Part shown: piece by piece, positions 19,901 to 29,935 of the stretch
Layout: each line of letters starts with the position of its first letter
Numbering within the stretch: the stretch's first letter is position 1
Source of the DNA: a virus
Lineage: Duplodnaviria > Caudoviricetes
IMG/VR virus record: IMGVR_UViG_3300032225_002102
Coordinates: 1 to 64,000 of that record
Direction: 5' to 3' (one strand)
DNA: 64,000 nt
The notes under the pieces: generated by a model
The model's input: only the letters and a program-made list of their open reading frames with translations
What the model was told of the DNA's origin: nothing
Databases searched by the model: none
Translations under genes and position numbers: made by a program

Positions 19901-22122
19901 ACACTACCAATAGAACTTCCCATATTAGAACCTGTATCTCTAATAGCTTCTGTTGTAGGGTCTTTTAAATTATCTGAAATCCAAGTTGCAAATATAATTG
20001 CTAAAGTATATTGTTTTTTGTTAAGTAGTTTATATTTAGCTTGTTCTTCTGCAATACTAAAAGAACCTTTTGCAGTACCATATACTTCTGCTTCGAGTTT
20101 AAGTTGGTTTCCTAAGTTAGGTTGAATAAAATGAACATCAGGAGAATGAAATGTATATTTCCCTTGATTGGTAAAAGTTTGTGGTGTTATAACTCCATTT
20201 ATAGATTTATAATGTGTATTATTACTCGAAAGTAATTTATCTTCACGTAAATCATTAAAAGGATAATTTGAATATAAATAATTAGTACCTGCTGCAGAAC
20301 AAGAATTAAAATCTAAGTTAGATTCTTTCTTTTCATAATTCCAAACATCATATAGTAATCCTTTAGCTGTAATAGATTCATTACCAACACGATTTCCTCT
20401 TAGAACTTTATATCCTGTAATTCTATCTCTTTGTTCTTGTGTAATAAAATTCTCACTTACTGCTTGATCTAATAAATAATTAATATCTGATTTAATACTT
20501 ATACCAATTGGAAAAATATAATTTTGATTTTCATATATTGTATTATCAGATTGATGTGGAGTTATTAATGTATCAGGAAATTTAAAGTGTCTGATTGGTT
20601 GTCCACATAATTCTCCCCATACTTCGGGAATTGAAGGATAACGTTCTGTAGATTCCCAATAAGAAAACTCACCTTCTTCATATACTGTTTTATCACCACA
20701 TTTAGTATAGTTTATTGGATTACGATAATTTAATTTAGCAGTATTATAGATTTGCCATTTTTGATTACTACTAGTAGAACAACTTAAATTATTAGCAACA
20801 ACATCATTATTACTTACTGAAGAAGTATCATCTATTCCAAATGTATTTTTAGCTCTACTAATTAAAGGGAATACTGGGGATTCATCACCATTATCAAGAG
20901 TGAATTTTATACCATAAGGATAAACTTCATCTCTCATTCCACTCCTATAATTTTGAGCAAATTCTGGATCTGAATAATCTCCTTCTTTAGCAACTACTGT
21001 ATTCCATTTAGTTACAATTCTATTTACAATAGGTTGAAGATTAAATAGTTCATAACCTTGAAGTTGAGATTTAAATAAAATATTATTAGCAATTTCAATA
21101 TCTCCACTATTCTTGTAAAATGGGTATTTAGTAAGAAGTAATTCTAAAGATATTGAAGTACCCTCATTATCTACATCAATCCATTGTGTTTGTGATATAG
21201 GTAATGTTGCTTTTTGTTTATAGGTAGTTATCCCTTTAATCGTTTCTACAGAAGCAATAGTAAAATATTTATATCTCGAATTAGTAGTTAATTCTGTTAT
21301 ATTTATTTTAATACCTTTATTTGATTCTTCTTTACCTAAATCAAATATGTCATAACCTTGTGTAAGAGATTTAAAAGGGGTTAGGGGTAATCCTTTTGCA
21401 GTTGAATAAGCAACTAGATAAGAATATTTTCCATTTAATTTACTTCCTCCTGGAATTAATTCTAAATCTAAAGCTGGATAATTTATAGATGGATACCATT
21501 GTGTTTTACCACACTCTAATCCTGCATAAACAGGAGTACATAGTGTACCAGTATTTACTTTAAAATCTTCGTTTAATGTAAAATCATTATTATCATCTAA
21601 ATCAAAATAAATAAATCTATCTACATCATAACCATTAACAAAATATAGGTTAAAAGTACAGTCTGTAAGCTTATATTCTAATTGTAAAGGGTATTGTTCA
21701 CTCCACTTAAAACAGTTTGTTGTAAGTATTGTTTTTGTATTACAAATAGCTATTGTTGTATCTAATTCCTTTTCAATTACTTTAATATTATCACAAGATT
21801 CTGTTATAACATCTGAAGATAATAAATCTTTTTTAGCATAAGAATAAGTAAGAAATTTTTGTTGTTTTGTTTCTTTATTATAAATACAAACTAAATTTTT
21901 ATCAAATTCTACAATAGATAAAGTACCTAATACTATTTCATTATTTGCTAAACTAAAACATTTTACATTTGAAGAAGCATTAGAATAGAAAGGAAATGAT
22001 TGCTCTCCTGAAAAGTTTTCAGTAGCTGCATTTAAAGCAAAACTAACTGTTTCACCAGTATCTTGTAATTGGTTGATGTCTGTTGATATACCTTTTATCG
22101 GAACTTGAAATTCTATCTGCAT
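16927..22122 (-). CDS. Tail stabilisation/muzzle protein (P22 gp10-like), 1731 aa
   Basis: Size, synteny and crAss-type motifs: MRDEVYPYGI, YWESTERYP, IRHFKFP, FGGDTFINRF, WTLSYN..WMSFHSFLP. Confidence 0.8.
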   Translation of the reverse strand: MQIEFQVPIKGISTDINQLQDTGETVSFALNAATENFSGEQSFPFYSNASSNVKCFSLANNEIVLGTLSIVEFDKNLVCIYNKETKQQKFLTYSYAKKDLLSSDVITESCDNIKVIEKELDTTIAICNTKTILTTNCFKWSEQYPLQLEYKLTDCTFNLYFVNGYDVDRFIYFDLDDNNDFTLNEDFKVNTGTLCTPVYAGLECGKTQWYPSINYPALDLELIPGGSKLNGKYSYLVAYSTAKGLPLTPFKSLTQGYDIFDLGKEESNKGIKINITELTTNSRYKYFTIASVETIKGITTYKQKATLPISQTQWIDVDNEGTSISLELLLTKYPFYKNSGDIEIANNILFKSQLQGYELFNLQPIVNRIVTKWNTVVAKEGDYSDPEFAQNYRSGMRDEVYPYGIKFTLDNGDESPVFPLISRAKNTFGIDDTSSVSNNDVVANNLSCSTSSNQKWQIYNTAKLNYRNPINYTKCGDKTVYEEGEFSYWESTERYPSIPEVWGELCGQPIRHFKFPDTLITPHQSDNTIYENQNYIFPIGISIKSDINYLLDQAVSENFITQEQRDRITGYKVLRGNRVGNESITAKGLLYDVWNYEKKESNLDFNSCSAAGTNYLYSNYPFNDLREDKLLSSNNTHYKSINGVITPQTFTNQGKYTFHSPDVHFIQPNLGNQLKLEAEVYGTAKGSFSIAEEQAKYKLLNKKQYTLAIIFATWISDNLKDPTTEAIRDTGSNMGSSIGSVVGGATAAAFGIPPQVGSAVVGALGGVLGGMIGSNLAQNSPFFSFSSLTFKSSVKLAEAEKFLTILKLLSNYRDYQYQYQAVGKYNQISTLANNGNKIRNIVNGEYLDANSKVTLRDGKFFNNYGRESSVYLSVNQNLPSTTNIDESRITLKDVSSLTTTNIDSTDTINCYKFKITATQGLFAVWGKLCTPLSVAGNDPGNSQQDFEELSPGRWFVVGEKIDQFKTADSNLIITATPCYRSIYTKQYVGTFANRKLDLGDLDISVVENCLPYTTTTTLVIKNECDCNNTTSTKIASYYASIKNNRLNQYGSIFDINWLETTSGSFKLTDSNISIFGGDTFINRFSFKRKHLFFNNSTFRLPDSTDINYSLIPNVAYPSYFFDTLVKEEPTYISNLENNIFAFPFTGFIPTSLIRDLLKILKNSVFDITKWFKSPNYKLDCLVIEGELEIPLNSVKGLMYLYYYGVPSYITESTINTDLRDRGKELEQDFYPHQQDLSFWLQEKNVSPKQDNFYIYDKSYSKQSTESVNFQYDNFFKGEVDCKSNFPQRVIYTSQSSEIDDNYLPDNYLINRALDYYDFELKDGRLISIKGIEGNKVLVRQENSASVFNAYIEINTNQDTALLSVGNIFGNKPVKFTKPTVGYFGTQHKALLNTPFGHISVDSKRGNVFVLANNGQGLEEISNHNMRNWFKENLPFQIEKHFPNVNIDNAFNGIGLSMVYDNRFNCFYITKLDYSPLLDNIIYNGENFTINNNILDLKDKRYFSSKCWTLSYNFHTKSWMSFHSFLPNFYIENIDNFDSGTQGGVWKHSVTNKSFQTYYGKKYPFIIESSTKTKLEQEIIEDVNFYLDVVKYVNDYDFYFKPNKSFNKAVIYNRLQNSGLLELINKTNDVRESTLYPIKLNDRRKILINHKEELHSFNQFEDLAKPETPIWLNNSNNVDKELNISAFSYKDANMGVKKIRSNQTKIRLINDIETKYQYIYKGLFTKTSKSNR

Positions 22123-22963
22123 TACTTGGTAAATTAAATATTTCTAATGATTGTGGGAGTTCTTCTGCATACTTTACCATCCTCTGAAATGTAGGAAGTT
22201 TTTGATTAAATAGAGCTTCTTGCATAGATTTTGTATGCTCTTGTTCTGCTTTTTGCATACGTTGAGCAAAATCTCCTTCCGCATTATAATAAAGTTGTAA
22301 AAAAATCTCGTATGTTAAATAATCTTCTATTGCTTTAATTACATATTGATCATCAGGTATCATTGGATAACCTTCTTCATCTTGTGCATAAGCATAATAT
22401 TGTAAATGTATTGTACCTTCTTCAAAGTTAAAGTACATTTTTTTATTATCAAAATTAAAATGATCTTTCTCTTTTGAATAAAGATTTTCACATTTTGTAT
22501 GACATCTATTTTTTTTAACTTTTTTATCTAATGATAACAAACTTCTTTCACAAAACTGTCTTTCAATTGGAGTTTCAGTTTGTTCAACATACATTTTTTG
22601 AGTAACATATTCTTTAGTACGTACTATCTCACATTTATCATAACAAATAGTATCTAAAATATTATCTGAATAAACGGTAATAGGTCTTGAGTTTAAATAA
22701 TATCTTACTTTTGAACCATTAGTATTACATTCATTACATTTATGTACAACCCAAAGTAAATGAAAATCTTCAGGTAATAAACATTGATAGTTTTCAATAT
22801 CTATTATCTCTTCTTTTTCAATTGATAAACCCATACCTAATCTATCAATCATCCATTTACTCCATGTAATTAAACTAACTTCATCAATTAATGAAGCTTC
22901 ATCTAAAGAGTATAATCTTGATTTTACTCTATTTACTATTTGGTCAATACTTATATAATTCAT
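22052..22963 (-). CDS. Tail tubular/ring protein (P22 gp4-like)
   Basis: YFNFEEGTIHLQY..DEEGYPMIPD..AIEDY; immediately upstream of muzzle. Confidence 0.7.
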   Translation of the reverse strand: MNYISIDQIVNRVKSRLYSLDEASLIDEVSLITWSKWMIDRLGMGLSIEKEEIIDIENYQCLLPEDFHLLWVVHKCNECNTNGSKVRYYLNSRPITVYSDNILDTICYDKCEIVRTKEYVTQKMYVEQTETPIERQFCERSLLSLDKKVKKNRCHTKCENLYSKEKDHFNFDNKKMYFNFEEGTIHLQYYAYAQDEEGYPMIPDDQYVIKAIEDYLTYEIFLQLYYNAEGDFAQRMQKAEQEHTKSMQEALFNQKLPTFQRMVKYAEELPQSLEIFNLPSNADRISSSDKRYINRHQPITRYW

Positions 22964-23433
22964 TAGTATATTTGTTCATCGTAATCTCGTTCATAATTCT
23001 TTAAAATCTTTGCTAAAGGACGCTTTAAATTTGCTCTATGAGGTTTAAATTTAAGTAATCCTAAATCAGTACAATACATTCTCTTATATTTAGGTCTTAA
23101 TATATTTCCTAAATGAACATGTATTTGTTTAATCCATTTAAATTTATATATGTAACCAAAAGTATGATTGTTATATTCTTTTTCTTGTCCTTTAGTTTTT
23201 ACTACTTTTTCAAGTGTAATTACTCCACCTTTTTGTTTACCTTTTACTATTTTAAGTAAACCTAAAAATTTAGGAAGAATAAATCCTTGTCTTGAATTTA
23301 AAATAAATTCTTTTGCAATTTCAACATTTATTTCAGTTATAAATTTTCTATAATCTATGATTGATAAATGTTTATATTTTTGAATCTGATATTGTTCTTT
23401 AGTAAAAAAATTTACTTTATTTATCTTGCTCAT
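22963..23433 (-). CDS. IHF/HU-like protein of the crAss tail module
   Basis: GFILPKFLGLLKIVK pattern, basic, conserved position. Confidence 0.6.
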   Translation of the reverse strand: MSKINKVNFFTKEQYQIQKYKHLSIIDYRKFITEINVEIAKEFILNSRQGFILPKFLGLLKIVKGKQKGGVITLEKVVKTKGQEKEYNNHTFGYIYKFKWIKQIHVHLGNILRPKYKRMYCTDLGLLKFKPHRANLKRPLAKILKNYERDYDEQIY

Positions 23434-24074
23434 TTTGAATTTGCATTTGAATTTGTATTCTCATCTTTAGGAATACTCTTCATAATTGTTAATTGTTTGA
23501 TTGTAGATTCTACTACACCTCCAATTAAATAAGGTATGCAAGGAAAGGGTTGATCTAGTAATGAACACGTTCCTTCTTCTAATCCTAATGTTGGATCTGT
23601 AAATATACCAAAAACATTTACTTTTTCAACTTCTGAATCTGGTAGTATTAAGTAATTATCTTCAATCCAATAATATTTAGTTCTACGAGGTTTATATGGT
23701 AAGTTCTTAATACTTTTATATTTATTAACACTTATTTCTACATAATCAACATCATTTGATAAGTTATAAACTTTAATCAAACTTCCAAAATTAGATTGGT
23801 AAAAAGATGGTAATGGTTTAACACTACGCATCATATTAGAACAGTTTGATAATTGAATACAACCTTCTTCATAAGGTTCTAATTCAACACATTCTATTTT
23901 TTTAAATATAGAAGTATTCTTAAATAGTTTACGATTATCTGCATCACGCTTTATAAATAAAGCAGTTATGTTAATACCTGTCCAATAAATAAATTCACCT
24001 GATAAATAATCATCAGATGAAATTGAATTTAAATTGTTTCTTATTTGCGAAATAAATTCACGTATTGTTTGCAT
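23430..24074 (-). CDS. Tail ring protein
   Basis: YYWIEDNYLIL..V..GIFTDP..FPC pattern and synteny. Confidence 0.55.
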   Translation of the reverse strand: MQTIREFISQIRNNLNSISSDDYLSGEFIYWTGINITALFIKRDADNRKLFKNTSIFKKIECVELEPYEEGCIQLSNCSNMMRSVKPLPSFYQSNFGSLIKVYNLSNDVDYVEISVNKYKSIKNLPYKPRRTKYYWIEDNYLILPDSEVEKVNVFGIFTDPTLGLEEGTCSLLDQPFPCIPYLIGGVVESTIKQLTIMKSIPKDENTNSNANSK

Positions 24075-24075
24075 A

Positions 24076-25104
24076 TTATTTATAGCTTAACACCCAATTG
24101 ATAAGTGCGTATTTTGTACCTTCTAATACTGGATTTCCTGAATGTAAAGATTTAGGATTACATTTATCATTAATTAAATTTTTCCAAATAACAAGTTTAC
24201 CTTGTTTAGGATAAACTATTTCTTCTGTTGTTGGAAAATAAGTTTCTCCTCCACTAAAATTATCATTTAAATAAATAATAGTAGTAAACAATCTATCATT
24301 TTCTTTATTTAAACAATCAAGATGAGGTTTAAATTCTTCTCCTAATTTATATTTTATTAATTGCCATCCTTCAAACTTTAAATTACCTATTGTTGGTACA
24401 GCATTTCTAATCTTTTCTGTAATTCCAAAAGTATCATTAAACCATAAGGTAGATGAACTTCTTGAATAATCATCGTGTACTATTTTTCCATCTTGAATAA
24501 CTTCACTTTTATTAAATCCAATCTCTTCTAATTCTTGAATAATTTGATTACATAATTCAGAATCAAGTAGATCTATTTCAAGATATTCTCCTTTTTGAAT
24601 ATTCCAATGAAAAAATACATTCATTAAAATACCTTCTGGATTTGTTGATTCAATAGGATTTCTCCAATGTGTTAAATCTCTACCTTTTAAAAGTACACAA
24701 TCACTATTATTTAAAGCAGCATCATTAACTCCTCCACTATAATTTTCTGCAAATATAGGTTGAGATAATCCTGTTGTATTTTCAATTTGTAATGAAAGAG
24801 TTATATCTAAACCTTCTCTATCAAGATGTTTATTAAGAGTACTATCTACATTATAAATACGAGAATAACTATTTTCTTTTTGTAGTTTGAGATTTGTAAC
24901 TGATTCTACAATTGGAGTTAAATAATTAAAATATTCTTCTATTTCTGGTATTCTATCCAATCCGTATGAGTTACGATAGTTTGTAACATCATCCTCAAGA
25001 GAAAGTTTATTTTCAGATTGTTTATTCAAAATTACATTTTTAATATGTAATCTCTGTTCTTCTGTAATAATATTATTTAATCTAGTAATTCCACTTATAA
25101 ACAT
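24076..25104 (-). CDS. Tandem 2OG-Fe(II) oxygenase; C-terminal domain prolyl 4-hydroxylase-like
   Basis: Domain 1: SYSRIY..HLDRE..HWR..VFFHW. Domain 2: SRSSS..EGWQLIKY..EFKPHLD..RLFTTIIYLND..GGETYFP..SLHSGNPVLEGTKY, with the P4H-type terminal Lys. Confidence 0.85.
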   Translation of the reverse strand: MFISGITRLNNIITEEQRLHIKNVILNKQSENKLSLEDDVTNYRNSYGLDRIPEIEEYFNYLTPIVESVTNLKLQKENSYSRIYNVDSTLNKHLDREGLDITLSLQIENTTGLSQPIFAENYSGGVNDAALNNSDCVLLKGRDLTHWRNPIESTNPEGILMNVFFHWNIQKGEYLEIDLLDSELCNQIIQELEEIGFNKSEVIQDGKIVHDDYSRSSSTLWFNDTFGITEKIRNAVPTIGNLKFEGWQLIKYKLGEEFKPHLDCLNKENDRLFTTIIYLNDNFSGGETYFPTTEEIVYPKQGKLVIWKNLINDKCNPKSLHSGNPVLEGTKYALINWVLSYK

Positions 25105-25874
25105 GGCTTATATTCTTTTAGTTTTTCTTTTAATATTTTATTAATATTTGATAAACCTTCTACTTCTTTATCTAAATCTTCTGTATTAAAATAACTATGT
25201 TTAAAAAATAAAATATCATTATTATAATAAATTGGTTGACAATAATGAATAATATTTTTTATATCTTTAGTTTCAATATCCCAATCATTACAAATTCCAA
25301 AATTAGGTAATTCTATTATATTTATATTTTGTTTAGTAACACTATATACTAATCCATACATATCAGATTGCCAATTTTTAGTATTATTATAAATAATATT
25401 ACTAAATATAACCATATCATCTATATAAGATTTAAATGTTTTAAAATTGGTAACAAAGGGATATCTGATTGCTTTTTTTACTTCTATATTAAATCCTTCT
25501 TGATGAATAAATTCATTAATAAAAGATTGTCCTATAATAGTGTTTTCTTCAGGTACTAAATCAATACTATTTAATAACAACATATCAGGATCTAAAAATA
25601 ATAATATATCACTATCTTTAAATCTATTATCTCTTGCAAGAATTTGCTCTTGTTTATATCTATTTCCTACTTTATAACCATAACATTCATTACTAAAATC
25701 TGGAAAATCTATTTTTATTATATCATTAGGTAAAGATATTGTAGTATTACTTTCTTGTGAACACATTACAACTAATTTTCCTTGTTGATTAACAGCTTTT
25801 ATACTGTTATATAATACAATAATTTGCCAATATTGATAATCAGAATTACTAATACTTACTATAATGTAATTCAC
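25095..25874 (-). CDS. GT-A glycosyltransferase resembling plant hydroxyproline O-arabinosyltransferase / peptidyl-serine galactosyltransferase (GT95/GT96)
   Basis: Ordered motifs YQYWQ, GYKVGNR, FLDPDM (DxD), WQSDMYG, IIHY, matching recalled HPAT/SGT1 motifs YxxWQ, GYxVxNR, (E/D)(P/A)D, WxxEMY, (I/L)xHY. Confidence 0.7.
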   Translation of the reverse strand: MNYIIVSISNSDYQYWQIIVLYNSIKAVNQQGKLVVMCSQESNTTISLPNDIIKIDFPDFSNECYGYKVGNRYKQEQILARDNRFKDSDILLFLDPDMLLLNSIDLVPEENTIIGQSFINEFIHQEGFNIEVKKAIRYPFVTNFKTFKSYIDDMVIFSNIIYNNTKNWQSDMYGLVYSVTKQNINIIELPNFGICNDWDIETKDIKNIIHYCQPIYYNNDILFFKHSYFNTEDLDKEVEGLSNINKILKEKLKEYKPCL

Positions 25875-25893
25875 ATCTTTTGTTTTATAAGTT

Positions 25894-26853
25894 TTAATAC
25901 CATTCTCTAATCCAAAAATTTATTTGTTTTAAATTTTGTGGTAAATATACTTTATTCCATGCATATTTACCAACTTTCTCTAACATTTTTCCATTTTCTA
26001 AAATTAGATTATCATCTTGGGAATATAAAAACTTATAATCTTCAGTAAATCCATTCTGTTTTCTCATTCTTTGAATAACAGCACTAAATGTAGATTTAAG
26101 TGTTCCTATAAAATTAGAACTATAACTTGCTACAATCATTGCAACTAATCCTTGTTCAGCAGAATCTAAATCATTTACTTTATCTAAATAGTTTACATTA
26201 TATTTACTTTCTATTTCTTTAAAATAATTTCTATCAGAATCATCAGTTAAAATTAATAATTTTTTATTATCAAAATTATGTTCTAATACATTTATAAAAT
26301 CAGAAACTTGTATTTTTCTTGATACATTATGATCATTTAAAAAATCACCTCTCCTTATATGGATACAATTAAAACTTGGTAATCCTTTAAGAATATCTAA
26401 AGCTATTTTCTCATACTTTTTTTTAGGTTTAATAACATGTTGAATAAAGTTTTCTACTTTATATTTTTCATGTTTATCTAAACAAAATAGATAAGAATAA
26501 AACCCCAGCGTATTAGAATCTTTTGTACTAAATGTAGTGTAATCATTTAAGTTAATTATTTTATTTCTACCATTAATGAATTCTTCATCGGGAATTTGAT
26601 TCTTGTATATTATTGTATCGTGTAAATCATAAGGTAGAATACTTTCTGTATAAATATGTTGATTATGAACTATGTTATAATCTATATCATATAAATCAAA
26701 TAAAGTTAAATTCTTTTCAGAATTAAATATTTTACCAGAATGAATAAAATTTATATTTTGATTTGATAGTAAAGCTAAAATGAGTGCATTTTCAGCACTC
26801 ATTAAAGCGTTACCCATACCAACGTGACCATTCTGGTATAAATGATAATTCAT
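25894..26853 (-). CDS. O-fucosyltransferase-like GT-B enzyme
   Basis: GMGNALM, CIHIRRGDF, ILTDD, FIGTLKSTFS: the GDP-fucose-binding motifs of POFUT/FUT8/NodZ-type enzymes. Confidence 0.8.
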   Translation of the reverse strand: MNYHLYQNGHVGMGNALMSAENALILALLSNQNINFIHSGKIFNSEKNLTLFDLYDIDYNIVHNQHIYTESILPYDLHDTIIYKNQIPDEEFINGRNKIINLNDYTTFSTKDSNTLGFYSYLFCLDKHEKYKVENFIQHVIKPKKKYEKIALDILKGLPSFNCIHIRRGDFLNDHNVSRKIQVSDFINVLEHNFDNKKLLILTDDSDRNYFKEIESKYNVNYLDKVNDLDSAEQGLVAMIVASYSSNFIGTLKSTFSAVIQRMRKQNGFTEDYKFLYSQDDNLILENGKMLEKVGKYAWNKVYLPQNLKQINFWIREWY

Positions 26854-27302
26854 TAATACTTAATTGAATTTGTTGAATAATCTATTTTAAATTCATGTGT
26901 TTTAAATATATTAGAACCTATTATTCCTACTATATTATATCCAGAATTTATTCTAATAGTTCTAACTAAATAATTTAAATTTCCTCCTTTAAAAGAACTT
27001 GTAAATTGCAAACTATCTATTCCTACATTTACATTATCTAAATTATAATAATTAGTTTTTCCACCTAACCCTAATACTTCATCGGATATACTTGTTAACT
27101 TAAAATTATATTTTTTAGATTGAGTAATATCTAATATAGACATAGATGCTCCTGTATCTACCATTAAATAACAAGTTTTATTGTTTAAAGTAGCTTTTAT
27201 AATAGGTACTTTTTCTATATCAACAAAAGGAATCTCTTTTTCAAGAGATCCTTTACATTGAATTATTAATAAACTAAACAACACAATTATAATGTTATAC
27301 AT
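26853..27302 (-). CDS. Retropepsin-like aspartyl protease with lipoprotein-type signal
   Basis: MVDTGAS and GIIGS motifs. Likely start MYNIIIVLFSLLIIQC at 27302 (track start 27320). Confidence 0.8.
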   Translation of the reverse strand: MYNIIIVLFSLLIIQCKGSLEKEIPFVDIEKVPIIKATLNNKTCYLMVDTGASMSILDITQSKKYNFKLTSISDEVLGLGGKTNYYNLDNVNVGIDSLQFTSSFKGGNLNYLVRTIRINSGYNIVGIIGSNIFKTHEFKIDYSTNSIKY

Positions 27303-28537
27303 CTTTGAGTATTTCCACATGAGCTAATTAAATTAAATGTAGCACCAGAAGTAGAAACTCCTGTTGCAGAACTTGTTATTGTATAACATTCTCTGATATT
27401 TCCATTTCCTGTAGATTCTGAATAAACATTTCCTATTACTAAATTACTAGAACTTGCTACAATTGTAGAAGTTCCTCCACTAGAACATACTGTTACATTA
27501 TACTGATAACCATTTATCGCTACTGGTGCAGCTACTGGAGTTGCTACTGGAGATGTAGTAGGTGCAGCTACTGGAGTTGCTACTGGAGATGAACTACAAG
27601 AACAAGTGCTTGTTCCAATTAAAGTAACACCTTGTAATGTTACAATAGGAGCTGATGTATTCGTTTGTCGAATGCTTTGAACTCCTTCCGAAGTACAAAT
27701 ATTAACTGTACTATTTCCTAATAAAGTTCCTGATAAAGTTCCATTTACAGTAGGATAAGTATAGTTATAAGTATTGCTTGAAGCATTTTGAATACTATAA
27801 TAATTACAACTTGCAACTGGTGTAGATACTGGTGTTGCTACTGGAGTACTAACAGGTGTAGATACAGGTGTTGCTACTGGAGATGTAGTAGGTACAGCTA
27901 CTGGTGTAGATACAGGTGTAGATACAGGTGTTGTAGTAGGTGTACTTACTGGTGTTGAAACTGGAGATGTACTAGGTGTTACTACTGGTGTACTTACAGG
28001 TGTAACTGTTGGTGTTGAAACTGGATCACATGATACAACTAAACCATTAAGAATATTAGTAGTACAACCTATAATTCTAGCATCAAAGTAAACAGATAAT
28101 CCAGTAGAACTTGCAGTATAAGAGTAACCATTATTTCCTGCATTTGCAGGTTGATAAATACCTCCATTAATACTAAATTCTATAGCTTCACCATTATTAT
28201 TATTTACAGATACTCCTATTGTAGTACTATTTCCATTACAAACTCTAGTAGAAGCATTCCATCCTAGAATATTATTACATTTATTATAACCAGGAGTTAC
28301 ACCAGTTACTACAATTTGATTGCTAAAAGATCTAGTTGCTCCACAATTAGTACTAGTTAATTGTAAAGTATGAGTACCAGTTCTTGTCCATTGTATAGAA
28401 ACACTTGATGCTGTATTATTAGGAGATATTGTTCCTGCATCAGAAGGAGTAATACTCCATACATTTGTTACTGGAGTAGTAGCATTACTTGGTGTATAAC
28501 TACTATTATATGTTACTATTTGATTTAATATAGGCAT
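27287..28537 (-). CDS. Fibre/adhesin-like protein with Ig-like domains and Thr-Pro repeat stalks
   Basis: Cys-flanked beta domains separated by (T/A)P(V/T)(S/A/T) tetrapeptide runs. Confidence 0.65.
   Translation of the reverse strand: MPILNQIVTYNSSYTPSNATTPVTNVWSITPSDAGTISPNNTASSVSIQWTRTGTHTLQLTSTNCGATRSFSNQIVVTGVTPGYNKCNNILGWNASTRVCNGNSTTIGVSVNNNNGEAIEFSINGGIYQPANAGNNGYSYTASSTGLSVYFDARIIGCTTNILNGLVVSCDPVSTPTVTPVSTPVVTPSTSPVSTPVSTPTTTPVSTPVSTPVAVPTTSPVATPVSTPVSTPVATPVSTPVASCNYYSIQNASSNTYNYTYPTVNGTLSGTLLGNSTVNICTSEGVQSIRQTNTSAPIVTLQGVTLIGTSTCSCSSSPVATPVAAPTTSPVATPVAAPVAINGYQYNVTVCSSGGTSTIVASSSNLVIGNVYSESTGNGNIRECYTITSSATGVSTSGATFNLISSCGNTQRCITL
27813..28025 (-). repeat. 12-bp-period coding repeat (TPVS/TPVA)n
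   Basis: Units such as ACTGGTGTAGAT and ACAGGTGTTGCT; a shorter run lies at about 27520-27590. Confidence 0.85.
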
Positions 28538-28549
28538 ATTTTTATTTAT

Positions 28550-29935
28550 TTAAACTGTTAAAATAACTTTATACAATTCACACTTAGTTCCTTTTACCAT
28601 TACTGTTTCATTTAAACCAGTAATACTATCAAATACTCTAACTTGTTTAGTATCTAAATTAGTTGCCCAAGGATTATGAACTAAAATTAATGCTTCTGAT
28701 TTAGTATTATTATATTTTAATTGAACAACAGGTTCACTATATAATTTATTATATGGTACTAATTTAAGATTACCTGTTCTTACATTTCCATTATATTCAA
28801 AATCAGGGGTTTGCCAATTATTAGTTGTACCTTCAATAATATCTTTATATAAAGAAACATGATAAAGAGCTAAATCCCAAAACAATCTACATGATTTCCA
28901 AACTCTAGCATTATCTAATGCCCAAGTATCTGTACCCACTTGAACTTGAATTAAATTAGGACTTGCTGTATCAACTCCAAAAGGTTCTCTTGCAGGATCT
29001 TCACTATAGATACTTGGCATAACACCTTCCCATCCTATGATACCATCTCCTACTGTTAAAGAAACAATAGCTACATTATACATATACTCAGCATTAGCAT
29101 TAGCTTTTGCTCCTGATAAATTTATAAAAGTACCATCTTCTCTTTTTCTATCTACACTTAATCCTGGAAAGCCATCAACTCCTTCATTCTCTGTCCACAT
29201 TAAACTATATAATGGGATATTATTATTATACTTCAATCTTAATAGTTGTTTTTTATAGATATACAAAGCTGTAAAATCATATAAACTATCATTAGTACTA
29301 TATATAGCATCAAAAACAGCATTACATCCTGCATCTACTTGAGCAGAATATATAGTACTAGGAGTAGTATAGTAATTTAATAATGCTGATGTATCATTAT
29401 TATACCATAAACTAAGAGGAATAACATCTATCCAAGAATAAATACCAATTTGAATTCCTGGATTAGCAGCTAAAGCAGCACCTAGTATTGTTCTAAGTTT
29501 ATTAGCTTTATTAGAGTTTCCTGTTCCAGTTGTTGCATTATATCCCATAACTGCTCTCCCATCATATCCCAAAGGCATTTCTCCATTTAACCATTGTATT
29601 TTTTGCGGATTTTGAGCCATTCCCCATTGAGATTCATCTGTTGGATTACTTCCATTATAAGATAAATCTGTAAAAACAGCTAATTTATCATTAGTATAAT
29701 TAGTTAATCCTCCATGGTTAGTATAAAACATGTTATGTCCTATTCTTTCCAAAGGGTGTTTATTACCACTAATCAAAGGTATCTCTGTATCTTGTCTTAA
29801 CATAGATGCAGATTTTTTATTAGTTGGTATAGTTACTGCTGGAAAGTTATCATACTTAGGTAATCTTTTTCCTTCTGTAAATGATTTTGATTCCCAAAAC
29901 CAATCAGGAGTGGGAGTTGATATTACTTTACTCAT
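28550..29935 (-). CDS. Putative receptor-binding or carbohydrate-active protein, 461 aa
   Basis: Aromatic-rich alpha/beta protein between two fibre genes, beta-rich C-terminus. Fold not established. Confidence 0.35.
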   Translation of the reverse strand: MSKVISTPTPDWFWESKSFTEGKRLPKYDNFPAVTIPTNKKSASMLRQDTEIPLISGNKHPLERIGHNMFYTNHGGLTNYTNDKLAVFTDLSYNGSNPTDESQWGMAQNPQKIQWLNGEMPLGYDGRAVMGYNATTGTGNSNKANKLRTILGAALAANPGIQIGIYSWIDVIPLSLWYNNDTSALLNYYTTPSTIYSAQVDAGCNAVFDAIYSTNDSLYDFTALYIYKKQLLRLKYNNNIPLYSLMWTENEGVDGFPGLSVDRKREDGTFINLSGAKANANAEYMYNVAIVSLTVGDGIIGWEGVMPSIYSEDPAREPFGVDTASPNLIQVQVGTDTWALDNARVWKSCRLFWDLALYHVSLYKDIIEGTTNNWQTPDFEYNGNVRTGNLKLVPYNKLYSEPVVQLKYNNTKSEALILVHNPWATNLDTKQVRVFDSITGLNETVMVKGTKCELYKVILTV

